This document shows, one piece after another, positions 27,993 to 40,213 of a DNA stretch of 64,000 nucleotides. The notes under the pieces are model-generated. The model saw only the letters and a program-made list of their open reading frames with translations. It was not told where the DNA came from and ran no database searches. Numbering within the stretch: the first letter of the stretch is position 1; each line of letters begins with the position of its first letter. The stretch lies in assembly GCF_009914755.1 (NCBI RefSeq), contig NC_060930.1; one strand, 5' to 3'. Origin of the DNA: the human T2T-CHM13v2.0 reference genome, Homo sapiens. The position numbers and the translations under genes were made by a program.

Positions 27993-28464
27993 AATTGCAG
28001 GTGCCATACTTTTCTCCCCAAGAAGACTATTGTCTAAAAGTATTTGAGGCCTTCCCTGCCAAAGTAGACGTATAAGGCATCAGTCATACACCAAGTCATA
28101 TACCTGATCCACTTCTTGGACTATGACCAGCTTCTCAGTTTACTCACATGGCTTATGGACCCTAATATTTGTCATGCAGCACTTGCTTTCCCTAGTAAGC
28201 ATCATTTTCAGCATTAACATTAGATATTTAAAATGTACAGAGGCTATGAACTATCTTGAAGAGAATATACTTTCCACCTCATTCTAGAAAATCAAGTGTA
28301 TCGTGATTTACTTGTGAGAAACCTCAGCAACTGAGTATTTCAAGAAAGAGCTGAACCCTTATATTGACTGACTTGGTGATTTTACATTTTAAATGTTCCT
28401 GTCACAGTTGAGTAGCTATAGGTACAATTTTTTCATGAGATAACTTGCGGGATTGAGAACAGGA

Positions 28465-28660
28465 GTGTTTACTGAGCATCTACTATATATAGACATTTTA
28501 CATAGTGTACCTCATTTAATGACCACAGTAATCCTACATCCAGGTCAGGTATAATTGCATGCACTTCACAGAAAAGGAAGTGAACTGTCTGGTAAACCAG
28601 GGCACATGATGACGAATGATGAACTAGAATGTCTACATGACCCATATTCTTTCTACAATA
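28465..28660 (-). mobile_element. MIR
   Basis: tttactgagcatctactat...cctcatttaat..cacag...cacagaaaaggaagtga. Confidence 0.65.
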
Positions 28661-29079
28661 CACTCTACTCCTGCTGGAGTTGATAATGCTGTGTTCTAAG
28701 GGGATACAGATAGGTCTCTCTCTCATGCCTGAAGTGTCTCCATAAGTGATGCAAGACTTTTGATCTCCAAGAATTGCCAGACTTCAAGAATCTTCTGGAA
28801 AAATAAAAGGTTTTTTCTTTATATACATTAAACCTTGTATGTTTAGTAAAAAAGTTCTGTACATTTCTTCATTTTTCCTATATTTAGGCAAAGTTTCCCA
28901 CTCTTTTTTGATAATGATATTTAAAAATGTCTTTAATAAAATTGCTCATAAAATTTATAGGACTTGCCAGAGAATCAAAGTGAGGGAAACTTTAATAATA
29001 GTGTACAATAGAAAAATACATACTAATGTGATTAGTATGAAAATGGAAGCAACATATGTATTAAAATAGATGGTTTTTT

Positions 29080-29625
29080 TTTTTCCTGTAATACACAAGG
29101 AGCTTGTATAACTTAATGAGAAAAAGAACAATCCAACACAACCATGAACAAAGCTCAGGAATAGGCCGTTTTCAAATGAGGAAATAAAAATGGCTAGTAA
29201 ATATATGAAAAGATATTCAGACTCTTTACTAATCAAATAAATGCAAATCAAAACAACAGTAAGATTTTTGACACATCAAATTGGCAAAAATTGAAAATGC
29301 CGATTCCCAGAATTGGCGAGAATTTGAAACAAATAGTTTTTTAGCAATACCAATCATAGCTTAAGTGTACATTTCCTTTGAACCAGAAATTCCCCTTCTA
29401 GAAACTTATGCTGTAGAAATATTTGTCAAGTACACAAAGATATGTTTCCCTGGGTGTTAATTGCATCATGGTTTATAAATTACAAACTAGGAAACAATCC
29501 AGCTATCAATTAGTGGGGGTTTATTAAAACAAATTATAGCACATACACACAATGGAAAGCTATGCAAATCATTAAAAAAAGATATAAAGGAGAGCCACAT
29601 TATGTTTTTGAGTGAAAGAATCATG
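29080..29625 (+). mobile_element. L1ME ORF2-end/3'UTR fragment
   Basis: aaaatggctagtaaatatatgaaaagatattcag...aaatgcaaatcaaaacaac...ttgaaccagaaattccccttctag. Confidence 0.8.
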
Positions 29626-32332
29626 TGGCTGAAGTTTATATTTTTTATCCAATGTGTGTCACTATATGTGACTTTGCCTACACATTCCCATACCTATCTT
29701 AATGCAGCAGTGATTGGACTTTACAAGAAAGAGAATCCTAAACGAGGCATAATCTTATTTTTTGCATGCACTGATAATGCATCTGCAAACAGACCAGCAA
29801 TTTAGAAAAATATTTGTAAGCATAGTCAGGATGTTATAAGCATGAAGTTCAGCTATTCATTAAAAACATGCTGAATTAAGGTCATTGTACATTATTAACC
29901 AGGACTCTGTTAATAGTGCACAATGACCTCAATCTAAGACGTTCTAGGAAATATCAGAAGCATGGGAGTTATATAAGACGATTTCTTCAAACATATGGAT
30001 TTCATTAATTGCATGGCTCCAGATTCGACTAGTCTTTTCTCTAATTCCTTTGTCACATGCTGAATGTTATAGAATGAAAAGGCATAAATAAACATCATTA
30101 CAGAAAATGTTCCTTTGCTACTAGCTTTAAGTAATTGCTATTCAACTCTAAATAACCCACTTGAAAAAAAGAAAACATCATTAGTCTGAAATGTCTGCTA
30201 ACGTTTTCTTTCTACTTTGTTAAGGTCCATTTAAGGAGAGACTTATCACAGCCATACTCAAATAATCTGATCCTCTAAAAATACTTTATAGTTAAGTTAC
30301 ACTGATGAAAGTAATGTATTTACCCAAGAGGTAAACACATTGCCTGGAAAATTCCTAATTGACAAAGGAGTAGGAATTTACCCTGTTGTGTGTGGGGCAA
30401 ACCAATGGTGAGGCTCTGTGGCCCTCAGTGGAGAATAAAACCTATAACAGCAAGGGTAATGTTCACTCTATATGTCTACAAAGGCTGAACTTGGACGCCA
30501 TTGTCTAGCATCTTTTGAACTAAGTCTAGAACAATGACACTCCCCTTGGACTTTCTAAGATACTTCTAGGGCTTTAAGTTTATCTGATATTTGGCAAATG
30601 CTCAGCACAATTTTGATTCAGAAAATAGTCACTCTAGCCATATCTAATATGGATGGTAAAAACTGGCTCATTATTATGTAGTTATGGAAAGTTGTCCAAA
30701 GGATGCCAGGTGTTCATCATGGCTACTATGATTTTGAGTGGAAAATGTGGACCCAAAAATCTTTTATGAGGAGGTACAGATACGCCACCTAAAACAATAA
30801 CCTACTAAAAGCACTAAGAGAAATGAACAACAAATGAAGCAGCCATGGGAAATACATCAAGAAAGTATGGCAATCTGGCTGGACCCAAGGAGTGCTTTGA
30901 ACAGCAGCAAGCTCTAGAAATAGCAGCAGAACTTAGCCCAGTCTGGTTTGTGGGCTGCTGGTCATGCAGTGTGGTCTTTTTGGTCACCTTTGCTCACAAA
31001 GGTAGAGTTCATTGGAACAAGGGACTGTTATAACATCTTTCAACCTGGTATTCATTTTTGAATCATTGCATAACATTTACATGGAATAACACATACCAAG
31101 TTTTGAATAGTAACAGGCGCAACCTCAAAGGCACCATGACTTGGATAGGCCTTCAAAAGTCCAGCGACTTGGTTGAATGAATCATAATCTCTTTGATCTA
31201 ACATCTGGACGGCAACCCCTTTAAGGATCTCATTTCCTGTATATTCACATCTCTTCCTTGCATAACAATATCCACCTTCAGACACACACAGGGTAAAAGC
31301 AGAGAAAATTTTCAGAGTCTAAGCTCAACAACAATTTTGTTTATTCCAGCATCATGGTTCAGCCTTTTGTTTTTACTTTTCAAAAACATTTTTAAAACAA
31401 ATTGGGTATTTTTTATTACTACAGTCCTAATGTTTTACATATTGCTTAGCACATAATTGACAGTAAACAGTTAAGGAAGGAGTAATGGAGAAGGGGAAGG
31501 AGTTTATTTGAGAGAGTTGGGGCTTAATTATCTGTCACATCTTCAATTCCCAGATTTCCTGCAGCATGAGTCAACTACTAACCCAGTGAGCAACAGAAAA
31601 TTTCACATCGTTTTAAGAAAGATAGTGGGGCAATCTTATTTCTACTGCCAGCAAAACCTAGGATGGCAGCAGCAGAAAAAGGTATAAAACATAATTTAGA
31701 GGTTAAGAGCAACTGGGGCAATGAGCTAGATACCCTAGTTGTGACGACAGACCCACAAAGTGGGGCGTCAGGTTGGGAATTCTGTGATTAATGGCTCTAC
31801 AAAGGGAGAGATTTTAAAGAAGCAGAATATTTTATAAGTATCTTCCTAGTGTTCCTGTAGGCCCCTGACCAAATCTTTCTGATGATAAAAATAGCATTTC
31901 AACAATCATAGATCAATACTTCTGGGTCTCCACCCCTCCATTCTCTGATAAATCTCTGGCCTTTCTCAAACTCTTCATGCAGAACCATTGATAAACTCAA
32001 CAAGCATCTATGAGCCACGACTAATATGTGCCAGTCATGGTATGAGGAATACAGCTGTGAAAAGGATAGTCATGAGCCCTTCTGTGAGGAGCTGATAATG
32101 TGATGAAGGGTTCTGGGCTCTCCCAGAGATGGTCTCACTTGTACTCTGAGTGCCAGTGCTGTTGGCTCTAAGAGACATCCAATGCTCTTCTTTCCTCGTC
32201 CCATTTTCTTTGGGGATGATCCCTACCCTTAGCTGTACCCAACCAGCACTGCTGTGGTCAGTGCCCAGAAGTCACACTGCTCCTCTGATGGCGCCCATCA
32301 GATTGCTCCAAGGCTGGTCTTGCACCTGTTAA

Positions 32333-32585
32333 CCTATTTCCTGTTTGCCTGAGAATACTCTTGTCTCTCATCTTAATGTAACATCATATACATCTGTGTT
32401 ACATTAGGATTAGAGACAAGTTCTGTTTAGAAATAACTACATGAAGTGTTTTTATATTTTATTTTCACATTGCAAATCAGTCAGATTTGCTTCAGCCTCA
32501 AACAGCATGTTTATGTAAATTAAATGAGCACTGGTAGCAAGCTGCACTTGTTTCATTTTTTTCTAAATGGGAAATAGGAAATGGG
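32333..32585 (+). mobile_element. MER75B piggyBac-family MITE
   Basis: ttaa|cctatttcctgtttgcctgagaatactcttgtctc ... tcagtcagatttgcttcagcctcaaa ... ctaaatgggaaat...ggg|ctaa; TTAA target site (right copy mutated); internal 24-bp-arm hairpin 32360-32420. Confidence 0.9.
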
Positions 32586-32719
32586 CTAAAAATATGGAGG
32601 ACCATGGCCAGGCTGCCATTGGCTGAGGAAGCTGAAGCCATTGGGGGCATTTCCCATGGTGGCAGAAGGTGCCAGCACCCATGTTCATGGCATCTTGTCC
32701 TTTCCATGGCCCACAAGGA

Positions 32720-34075
32720 CTTTTGTCAACAGGCTTTGCAATGAACAACAGTCCTTCTCTCAAAAACTTCACATTCTAGAGGGAGAAAATTGGGGAAGGA
32801 CATATATATATACACATATATACATATATATATTACATATACACACACACACACATATATATATATACACACATATACATATGTTCAACTCCATCAGCTA
32901 GTGGTGACCATTATCAAGAAGAAAAACAAAAACAAAGGACAATAAGCAGAGAGAAAGTGATGGTAGAGATCACTTTTATATAGTGATCGTCAAGGGCCAC
33001 TCTGACAAGGTGGCATTTGGGCTGAGACTGAATAAAGTGAGGTGGTCAAATGGATATCTGGGGGAAGGGCATCCCAGTGGAGGGACCTACTCGTGCAAAG
33101 GACCTGACGTAGGATTGCACCTGACATCTTCAGGCCACCCCTAGTAAGTGAGTGTGGTATGATCAAGATGAACATGAAGGAAATGAGGTCAGGTAGTGAA
33201 GGAGCTGGATTTCATAGGGTCTTGCAGACCTTGAGAAGGGCTTGGGGTTTTCTTCTGAGTTAGGTAAGAAGCCATGGTAGGGGTTGCACAGAGGGACAGC
33301 ACAATCTGACCTCGGTTGTAGAATCAGCACAGACTGGCTGGGGTGTAGTGAATAGATCGAAGGGTGCTGAGAGGGAGATATTTGGGGGCGGGCAAAAGGT
33401 GATGGTAACTTGGGTAAGGTTAGTAATAGTAGAGGGGTTGGAGAGCATGCTTGGACTCAGAATTTGCTTTGTGTTGGATGTGAGGTGGGAGGGAAAAGCA
33501 GTTAAGGACAACTTCAGGATTTTTAGCCTGAGAAACTCTAGAAGTACTGCTAGCTATCTTTAATTGGAATGTGAAAGTCTAAGGGGAAGAAAGCTTATGG
33601 AGCAAGATCAGAACTTCGGTTATGGACAAGTTGATTTCAGATGCATATTAAACATCCAGTGGAGATACTGACTAGGCAGCTGATTACACAGGATTGGAGC
33701 ATAGGAAGACATCTGGACCAGTGAGTTAACATTGGGAGTGTTCATCTTATAAGTTCATTGGACTAAATGAAATCGATGAGGCACTAAGCATTAATATTAA
33801 ACAGATAAGAGAAAAATTCTGAGGACTTCTGAAGGATCCTGGAGACCTGCAGCATCCAGGGCTAAAGAAAGGATGAGAGTGTGTTTAAGGAAAAAAAAAA
33901 AAAAAACAACCCTGAGGAGGAGTAGCCTGTGAAAATACTATTCTGAAAGCACAGTGAAGAAATTGTGTCAAAGAGAAGGGAGTGGTCAAGTGTACCGAAT
34001 ACTTTTGACACATTGAGGAAAACGAGTATAGGGGTTGATGGAGAATTGAAGACTAGCATTGTCAACATGGAGGTC
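32720..34075 (-). mobile_element. L2 fragments (with a TA/CA microsatellite at 32800-32882)
   Basis: aggtggcatttgggctgagactgaa...tggatatctggggg...atagggtcttgcagacc...aaacatccagtggagat are typical antisense L2 motifs. Confidence 0.8.
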
Positions 34076-34081
34076 ATCGGT

Positions 34082-34700
34082 CGGTGAACAATTAGTTTAT
34101 TTTCTAAACTGGGACACTTTTAAGAGTGAAAGAGGATATGTACTAGTAATCTATTTCTGTACAACAAATTATCCCCAAAGCTCAGTGCTGTGTTAACACA
34201 GCAAACATTTATTACCTCCTACAGTTTAGATGGTCTAGAATTTAGAATTTGGTACAGGTTCTGGCTCAGCACCTCTCATGAGATGGCAGCCAGCTATTGG
34301 CTGGGACTGCAGTCATCTAAAGGCTTCACTGGGGCTGTGAGATCTGTTTCCAAGGTGACTCAGTCACATGGCTGGAAAGTTAGTACCAGTTGTTGGCAAG
34401 GGCTTCAGTGCCTCCCCACGCGGGCATCCCACAGACAGCTTGAGTATTCTAACAACATGGCAACTGTCTTCCCCCGGGTCAAGCAACCCGAGAGAGCAAG
34501 GCTGAAGTGGTTACTTATGTTGGCCCTACTCAATCTGGAAGGGGTCCCAGAAGAGTGTGAACAATTGGAGACTAGAGACTAGGATAATTAATTGAGGGCC
34601 ATCTTCAAGGATAACTACAGCAGGGTTTATCCATATTTATGCTCAGGTAGCAGATATACACTGGGACCATCGCAGGCAAACTGAGATGCATGGTCACCCT
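34082..34700 (+). mobile_element. MER94 (hAT-Blackjack) split by an MLT1 LTR
   Basis: aaactgggacacttttaagagtgaaagagga (left) and ctgggacc...ggcaaactgagatgcatggtcaccct (right). Confidence 0.7.
34139..34619 (-). mobile_element. MaLR LTR, MLT1H-like
   Basis: tgtactagtaatctatt..aacaaattatccccaaa...ggctgggactgcagtcatctaaaggc...cacatggctgg...ctaca. Confidence 0.8.
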
Positions 34701-36895
34701 AATCTTTGGTGACTTTGGGGAGTGTAGTGATAGAGATGAGAACCACATCAATGAAATCCAAGCCCAGATCTATTGCTCAATCACTCAATTAAAAAATAAG
34801 CTAATTTCTCATTTATTTCCACTAGACTTGAAGCAAGTGGAATGGTGAATGTGATGGATGCTCATTTTACCATTAACTTGCAGTCCAACAGGGTTAAGCA
34901 GAGTCGAGATGGAAATTTAGATTATATTTAATTAGATTTATTATCTAATAACATTGTTTTAGTACCTGGATCCGGCCAAGCCTAAAGCTCACATTAACTA
35001 TAACAGTCATCACATTCTTCCCCCATCCTCCTTAAACATTTTAACTTAGACCTTTTTTTTTTTTTTGGAAATTTACAACCAAAGGAATCCAAATTAATGT
35101 CTCCCTTGTTTAAGTAGATCCTTGTTGAACACCATCTACTAATCTCCCAGACACACCTAGGCGTGTCTGAGTGCAGGGTAAACATAGTTTAAACTCAATC
35201 TGGTCTCCCTGGTACACTAAGAAGGCTGTTCAGGTCATCTCCTTTAAGAACTTCAACTTGCACTAGCATCTTACCTAGTGATTATGATTAGAAGATGGAT
35301 TTTATATGTAGGAGTATATATTGACATTGAGCTGATATCAGTATTTGAGCAATCCATAAAAGTCAATCTTCAAGATGGGCAATGACACAGGTACTTCTTT
35401 AGAAATATCTTTACTCTGAAACACTGAGGGATCTTCCTTAAATCATTCCAGTAGCAAAAGCCTTGCCCTGAAAAATGTTGTCAGCAGAATAGCTGGACCA
35501 CCCATCTGGAACCAAGTTGAAGTTCATCTCTATAAAGGAAAAGAAAATATCTGTAAATTGCATGCTAGTTGCTTTCTCTTCTGTTACCTTCTAACTACCC
35601 TTCTAGTTCATGTTTCCTTTAGTCATCCCAAGAACAGAACTAGGTTTTCATACAGCCTCTCAGGATTTATTCTACTTATAGTATATCTATCTTGAATTGG
35701 AATGTGATTAAAACTCTATAGGTGTTAGGGACATAGAAGAAAGGTTAGAGGTGAATAGAAAAAGACAGCAGTGGCTGTAATCGGCCTGCGGGGCTCTCTC
35801 CTGCTGGAGGTTATCCCACGCTGAGGACTGGGGACTTGCAGCCATCTGGAGGTTACTGTAGATCAGTGCCTCTTTGGAATGCACATGTAGAGGCGGAACA
35901 GGACTGAGCTGCGCCTGTAGAAAATTGAATGTGTCCATTGATCCGCTAAGTCTGAATAAACTCTCATTCTTGTTAGCACAGCAATTAGTCCTCATGGTCA
36001 CTGGAGCATTGAAACAAGGCAGTTTGGCCCACTTGTCTTGTTTTCCTGTATTCCCAAACATGAAACACGTCCAGATTGGGACAGAACAAACCTCCTTCAC
36101 TTTCAATCACCACCCGCTTCAAATTAAGAAGTAGACTGAGAAGCGGCAACAGCATGGAGGTGACATTTAATCTCAAGATCTACCCACTGCTGTTGCTCAA
36201 CATTAGCTTGGCCCTTTCAAAGAACACAAGCATGTTCTGGGCATCTACTTTTTTTATATACATAATCTCGCTTAATCCTCACAAGTGAGATTTATACAGC
36301 AGCCTCTCTTGCAGAAGCACAGTTCACGCAGAACATGTGCATGTGGCAGAAACATCGGCGATGGGCAAAATCTGCTAATGGATTGAACCTAGAGGAAAGA
36401 ACCAGCAAAGCCAAGTCATGATTCTAGATCCACCACAAGATCATTTGTGCTCAGTTTCCCTTAAAATGCAATAGACAACATTAAGGTAAGTAGAGGATCA
36501 GTGTTATCATGTTCAATGTAGAACTCTGAGCTTCTTCATGGAAAGGTGTTTAAAAATGGACGGTATGACAGCAGTTGAGTAGTCCTTTCACACTCAGACT
36601 TACCCAGAGTGGGTGGGGAGAATAATGTGAATTGAGCCCACTGCTGTCTCTGTGCAGTTCAATGTTCCCAGATGGCATATTCAATTAGAGTTTATTTCAT
36701 CATCTTAAAAGAAACTTATTGAGAAGTTATATTCTACACTCAACAAGGGAGAAAAGCATATCAAGATGCTAGCTCTAATATGCTGTTACTCTTCCATAGT
36801 TCATGGCATAGAACCTGCCATAACTTTCCCCAGCCACACTTAGAGAACAAGACAGTGTCATGTCCTCTTTTGAGTGTCAGTTTCTCCCCCTTAAG

Positions 36896-37104
36896 CAGGG
36901 TATCTCGGCCTTGTCACTATTGATATTTGGAGCTGGATAAATGTTTGTTGGGGCAGGGTGGCTGCCTTGTGCATTGAAGGACTGTTTAGCAGCATTCCTG
37001 GCCTCCACCTGCCAGATGCCAATAGCAGTAATGACAACCAGAAGTGTCTCCAAACATTGCCAACTGTCTCCTGGGAGTAAAATCACCTCTGGTTGAGAAC
37101 CACA
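36896..37104. mobile_element. MER20 hAT-Charlie MITE
   Basis: cactattgatatttgg..ctggataa...gtttagcagcattcctggcctccacc..cagatgcca...gtctccaaacattgcca...ggttgagaaccac. Confidence 0.9.
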
Positions 37105-37422
37105 GCCTTACAAAATGCATAGCAACTGAACTACATTGCTTGTTTGAGTTAGGAGGTGTAGAGGGCTGACTGATCATTTATGCAATCATCCATTTTATAG
37201 ATGAAGCCACTGAAGCCAAACAAATGTGGTGCCTTGCTTTAGGTAACACAGGTAAGTGGTACAGTTATCATTAGAAACCAGGCTTACTGACTACTCCCTG
37301 ACTACCTTATCTAAGTCTTGGTAATGGAAAAAAAAAATCCTATTATCATCTACCTGATCAGCACAGTCTGTTTGAAGAAAGCCCACTAAATCTAGATGGG
37401 TTAGATCTAGATTTAGTCGGCT

Positions 37423-37577
37423 AAAACCGCAATTACTTTTGCACCAACCCAATACATTAGGTGAACCTGTAGTTCTGGAATAGTCAATGGAATGTGTGGC
37501 AAATTAAAAGTAATGGCAAATTAAAAGTAATTAAAAGTAATGGCAAAAACTGCAATTACTTTTGCACCAACCCAATA
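37423..37577 (+). mobile_element. Two rearranged MADE1 (Hsmar1 MITE) half-elements
   Basis: aaaac(c/t)gcaattacttttgcaccaacccaata at 37423-37454 and 37546-37577, same orientation; second preceded by stuttered aattaaaagtaatggc. Confidence 0.9.
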
Positions 37578-37921
37578 TTATTGGTCTAATCCAAGCTCCT
37601 CTGAGGTCATGCTGATTTAGGCAAAATAACCCTCTGTCAATTTTTTACCTCCGTCTCCTCAGCCCCACTCTTCTGTTCCCTCTAGTCCCTATAGAAGCTG
37701 TGCTATTTCTAGGACACACAGTCACTGAGTATGTTGCAAGATTGAACATCTTCAAATCCTCTAGTGAGCTCCACACCCTTACACAAGCCAACACATGGTT
37801 AAATGGTCATGAGTGCAGTTGGTCAGTCCCACCACTGTGCTTCCTTCTTCAGCTCACTTGATTTTCCTTTCTCTGCCCTTAGAGTCACCCATCCCCTTCC
37901 ATGTACCAAATTCTCACTCAC

Positions 37922-38075
37922 CTTCAACCAAAAAATCCTAGAATGGCCCCTACTGTCAGAAGATCCATGCCCTCCAAATCTGAATTGATCGTAGACACTT
38001 TAGCTGAAGATTCCTTTCTTCTTTAAGTATGTCCACCAAATTCTGGGCCTTGCCCAAGAATCAACAGGTAATGTC
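37922..38075 (-). ncRNA. Candidate non-coding exon (154 bp) of a minus-strand lncRNA
   Basis: Acceptor ...ctttctttttttttcag|GACATT preceded by a 140-nt pyrimidine microsatellite; consensus donor GAAG|gtgagt; all three frames contain stops. Confidence 0.5.
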
Positions 38076-38077
38076 CT

Positions 38078-38099
38078 GAAAAAAAAGAAAGAAAGAAAA

Positions 38100-38130
<31 letters not shown>

Positions 38131-38220
38131 AAAAGAAAGAAAGAAAGAAAAAAAGAAAGAAAGAAAGGAAGGAAGGGAGAGGGAGGAGGGAAGGAGGGAG
38201 GGAGGAAGGGAGGAAGGAAG
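38078..38220 (+). repeat. (GAAA)n/(GGAA/GGGA)n polypurine tract
   Basis: About 140 bp of pure purines. Confidence 0.95.
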
Positions 38221-39651
38221 ATGTTTGAGTATGCAAATGTGGTGACATAGAAAGAAATGGCACACGGGGTATTTATTCAGGACATTTTGGGATATAAGAT
38301 GTGACTATCAAGTAATGCAATGTATTTTCACTTAAGACTTATAGAACCAGGTCTCATTACTCTGTGGGAACTAGAGATTTCGGATACTGTCCCTGGGCTT
38401 GAAATTCCCTTATTCTTATCCTCTAAAACACAGGTCAGTTATTTGCAGAAATCTTCTCCAATCCTCTCTATCTCAGTTGGATATAAATGGCCCCAGACTA
38501 GGGCCTGATGGCATCATAACACATTGATTGTCCTTAGCACAGTCTATTCTTCTGAGTTGCAATTAGACACTCTCCAGGAGCAAATAAGAACAGTGAAACA
38601 TGCATAGGGTATCCTGCTGTAATTACTCCAAATTTACAACAACATTTTAAAAGAATTTTATACAAATAATTATACTGCATAGAATTTCAGAATAATCAGT
38701 TCTCATAAATGACTTTAATTGCACTGTCAAATAAATGGCAACTTTTTTTTTTCTTTTGACTTAGCAAATTCTGTTTTCAGTTTTGGTGATGCTGACTTCT
38801 CAGACACCATGGAGAAATGCTTACCACATCTGGCATGGCACACAGGTGCTTACACACTATTTTTCAAATGTCAGTTCCTAGATTTCCCCTGTCCCACTTC
38901 CATGCCCTGCTGAGGATGAAGTTTCCTGTGCTTCACCCCTATCCACACATTCGATTGACCACCCCATTTACACCTCTGGGCTGAGAGGTCTTGGGCAGCT
39001 GCTACAGGAGGGCTGGGATCTGGGAAAGCATGAGTCCCACCCTCAAGGAGCTTATAGTCTGGTGAGGACAAAAGGCAGGTAAATCAGTAATAATAGTACA
39101 CAGTAAAAAGTGGGCAGGAACCTACGGGGAAGGCTGCTAATCCCATCTTGGTGATTGCCCTCACCAAAGAGAAACCTTCCTAAAGAAAACAACATCTAAC
39201 TCAAAATTTAAAGGTGAGTGGTCCAGGCAAAGTGAGGTGGAGGGAAAGTGTCCCATGTGGAAGTTTGAGGAACAGAGAATGTCAAGAAACCTCTCAGAGG
39301 ACATCAAGTCTCTTCTGACACAACACCTTCCAAATATCAGCAACTGGCTTAAATGGCTTGTTCTTAGACAAGACTTTTGGACAAAATGATATCAGAGCAA
39401 GGAGAAAGTCCCCTGAACTGCCAAGACATCTCTCTGTCTATTCAGACTTGCCTGTAATTAACTGAGAGCACAAATATGCCATCCTATAGTTGGAAATAAA
39501 ATGCCTCTGGAGAGGTCACTTCTTAAGGGTTAGAAGCTCTACACCAAATTATATAAATGGTGATGTCAGAGCTCTGGCTTCCCAAAGGCAATGATTCTTA
39601 AACATTAAAGGGCATAGGAATTACCTGGGAAGCCTATTTAAAAAGCAGGTT

Positions 39652-40160
39652 TGGATAGTTATACACCCACATACATAGCAACATTATTCACAATTGCCAG
39701 AAGTTAAAAACAACCCAAATATCTTTTGATACATAAATAGATAAGCAAAATGTGGTCTCGCCATAAAAATGGAATATTATTCCATCTTGGAAAGAAATCT
39801 TGTCAGATACTACAACATGGATGAAACCTGAGGACATGATGCTCAATGAAATAAGCCAATCACAAAAGGACAAATGCTGTTTGATTCTACTTACAGGAAG
39901 TACTGAGTAGTCAAATTCATAGCAACAAAAAGTAGAATGGTGGGTGCCAGGGGCTGGGGAGGGAGGAATGCAGGATTGTTGTTTAATGGGTATAGCATTT
40001 CACTTTGAAACAATGTAAAAGCCCTGGAGATGTGGTGATGGCTGCACAACCATGCGAACATGCTTAATGCCTCTGAACTGTACACTTAAAAATGATCAAG
40101 ATGATAAATGTTATATGTATTTTACCACAATTAAAAACAATAATGAAAAAGAAAAAAAAG
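39652..40160 (+). mobile_element. L1MB 3' end inserted in a MER5
   Basis: catggatgaaacctgaggacatgatgct...gtagtcaaattcatag...gaactgtacacttaaaaatg, A tail; TSD aaaagca(g/t)gtt; MER5-like flanks. Confidence 0.85.
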
Positions 40161-40213
40161 AAAAGCATGTTCCTGGGGTCTGCTGCCAGACAGTCCAATT
40201 CAACAGGCATATG

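Noticed and set aside
32360-32420. Long hairpin as a novel miRNA or terminator
   Set aside because: It is the internal palindrome of MER75B as I recall the consensus.
34186-34203. 18-bp palindrome tgctgtgttaacacagca (similar short ones near 22922 and 61941)
   Set aside because: Short, isolated and inside old repeat or low-complexity DNA; no supporting context.
36604-36703. Possible minus-strand exon with donor TGG|gtaagt
   Set aside because: Only a weak AAG acceptor with a short pyrimidine tract.
37423-37577. miR-548-family precursor
   Set aside because: The two MADE1 TIRs are direct, not inverted, so the full MADE1 hairpin cannot form.
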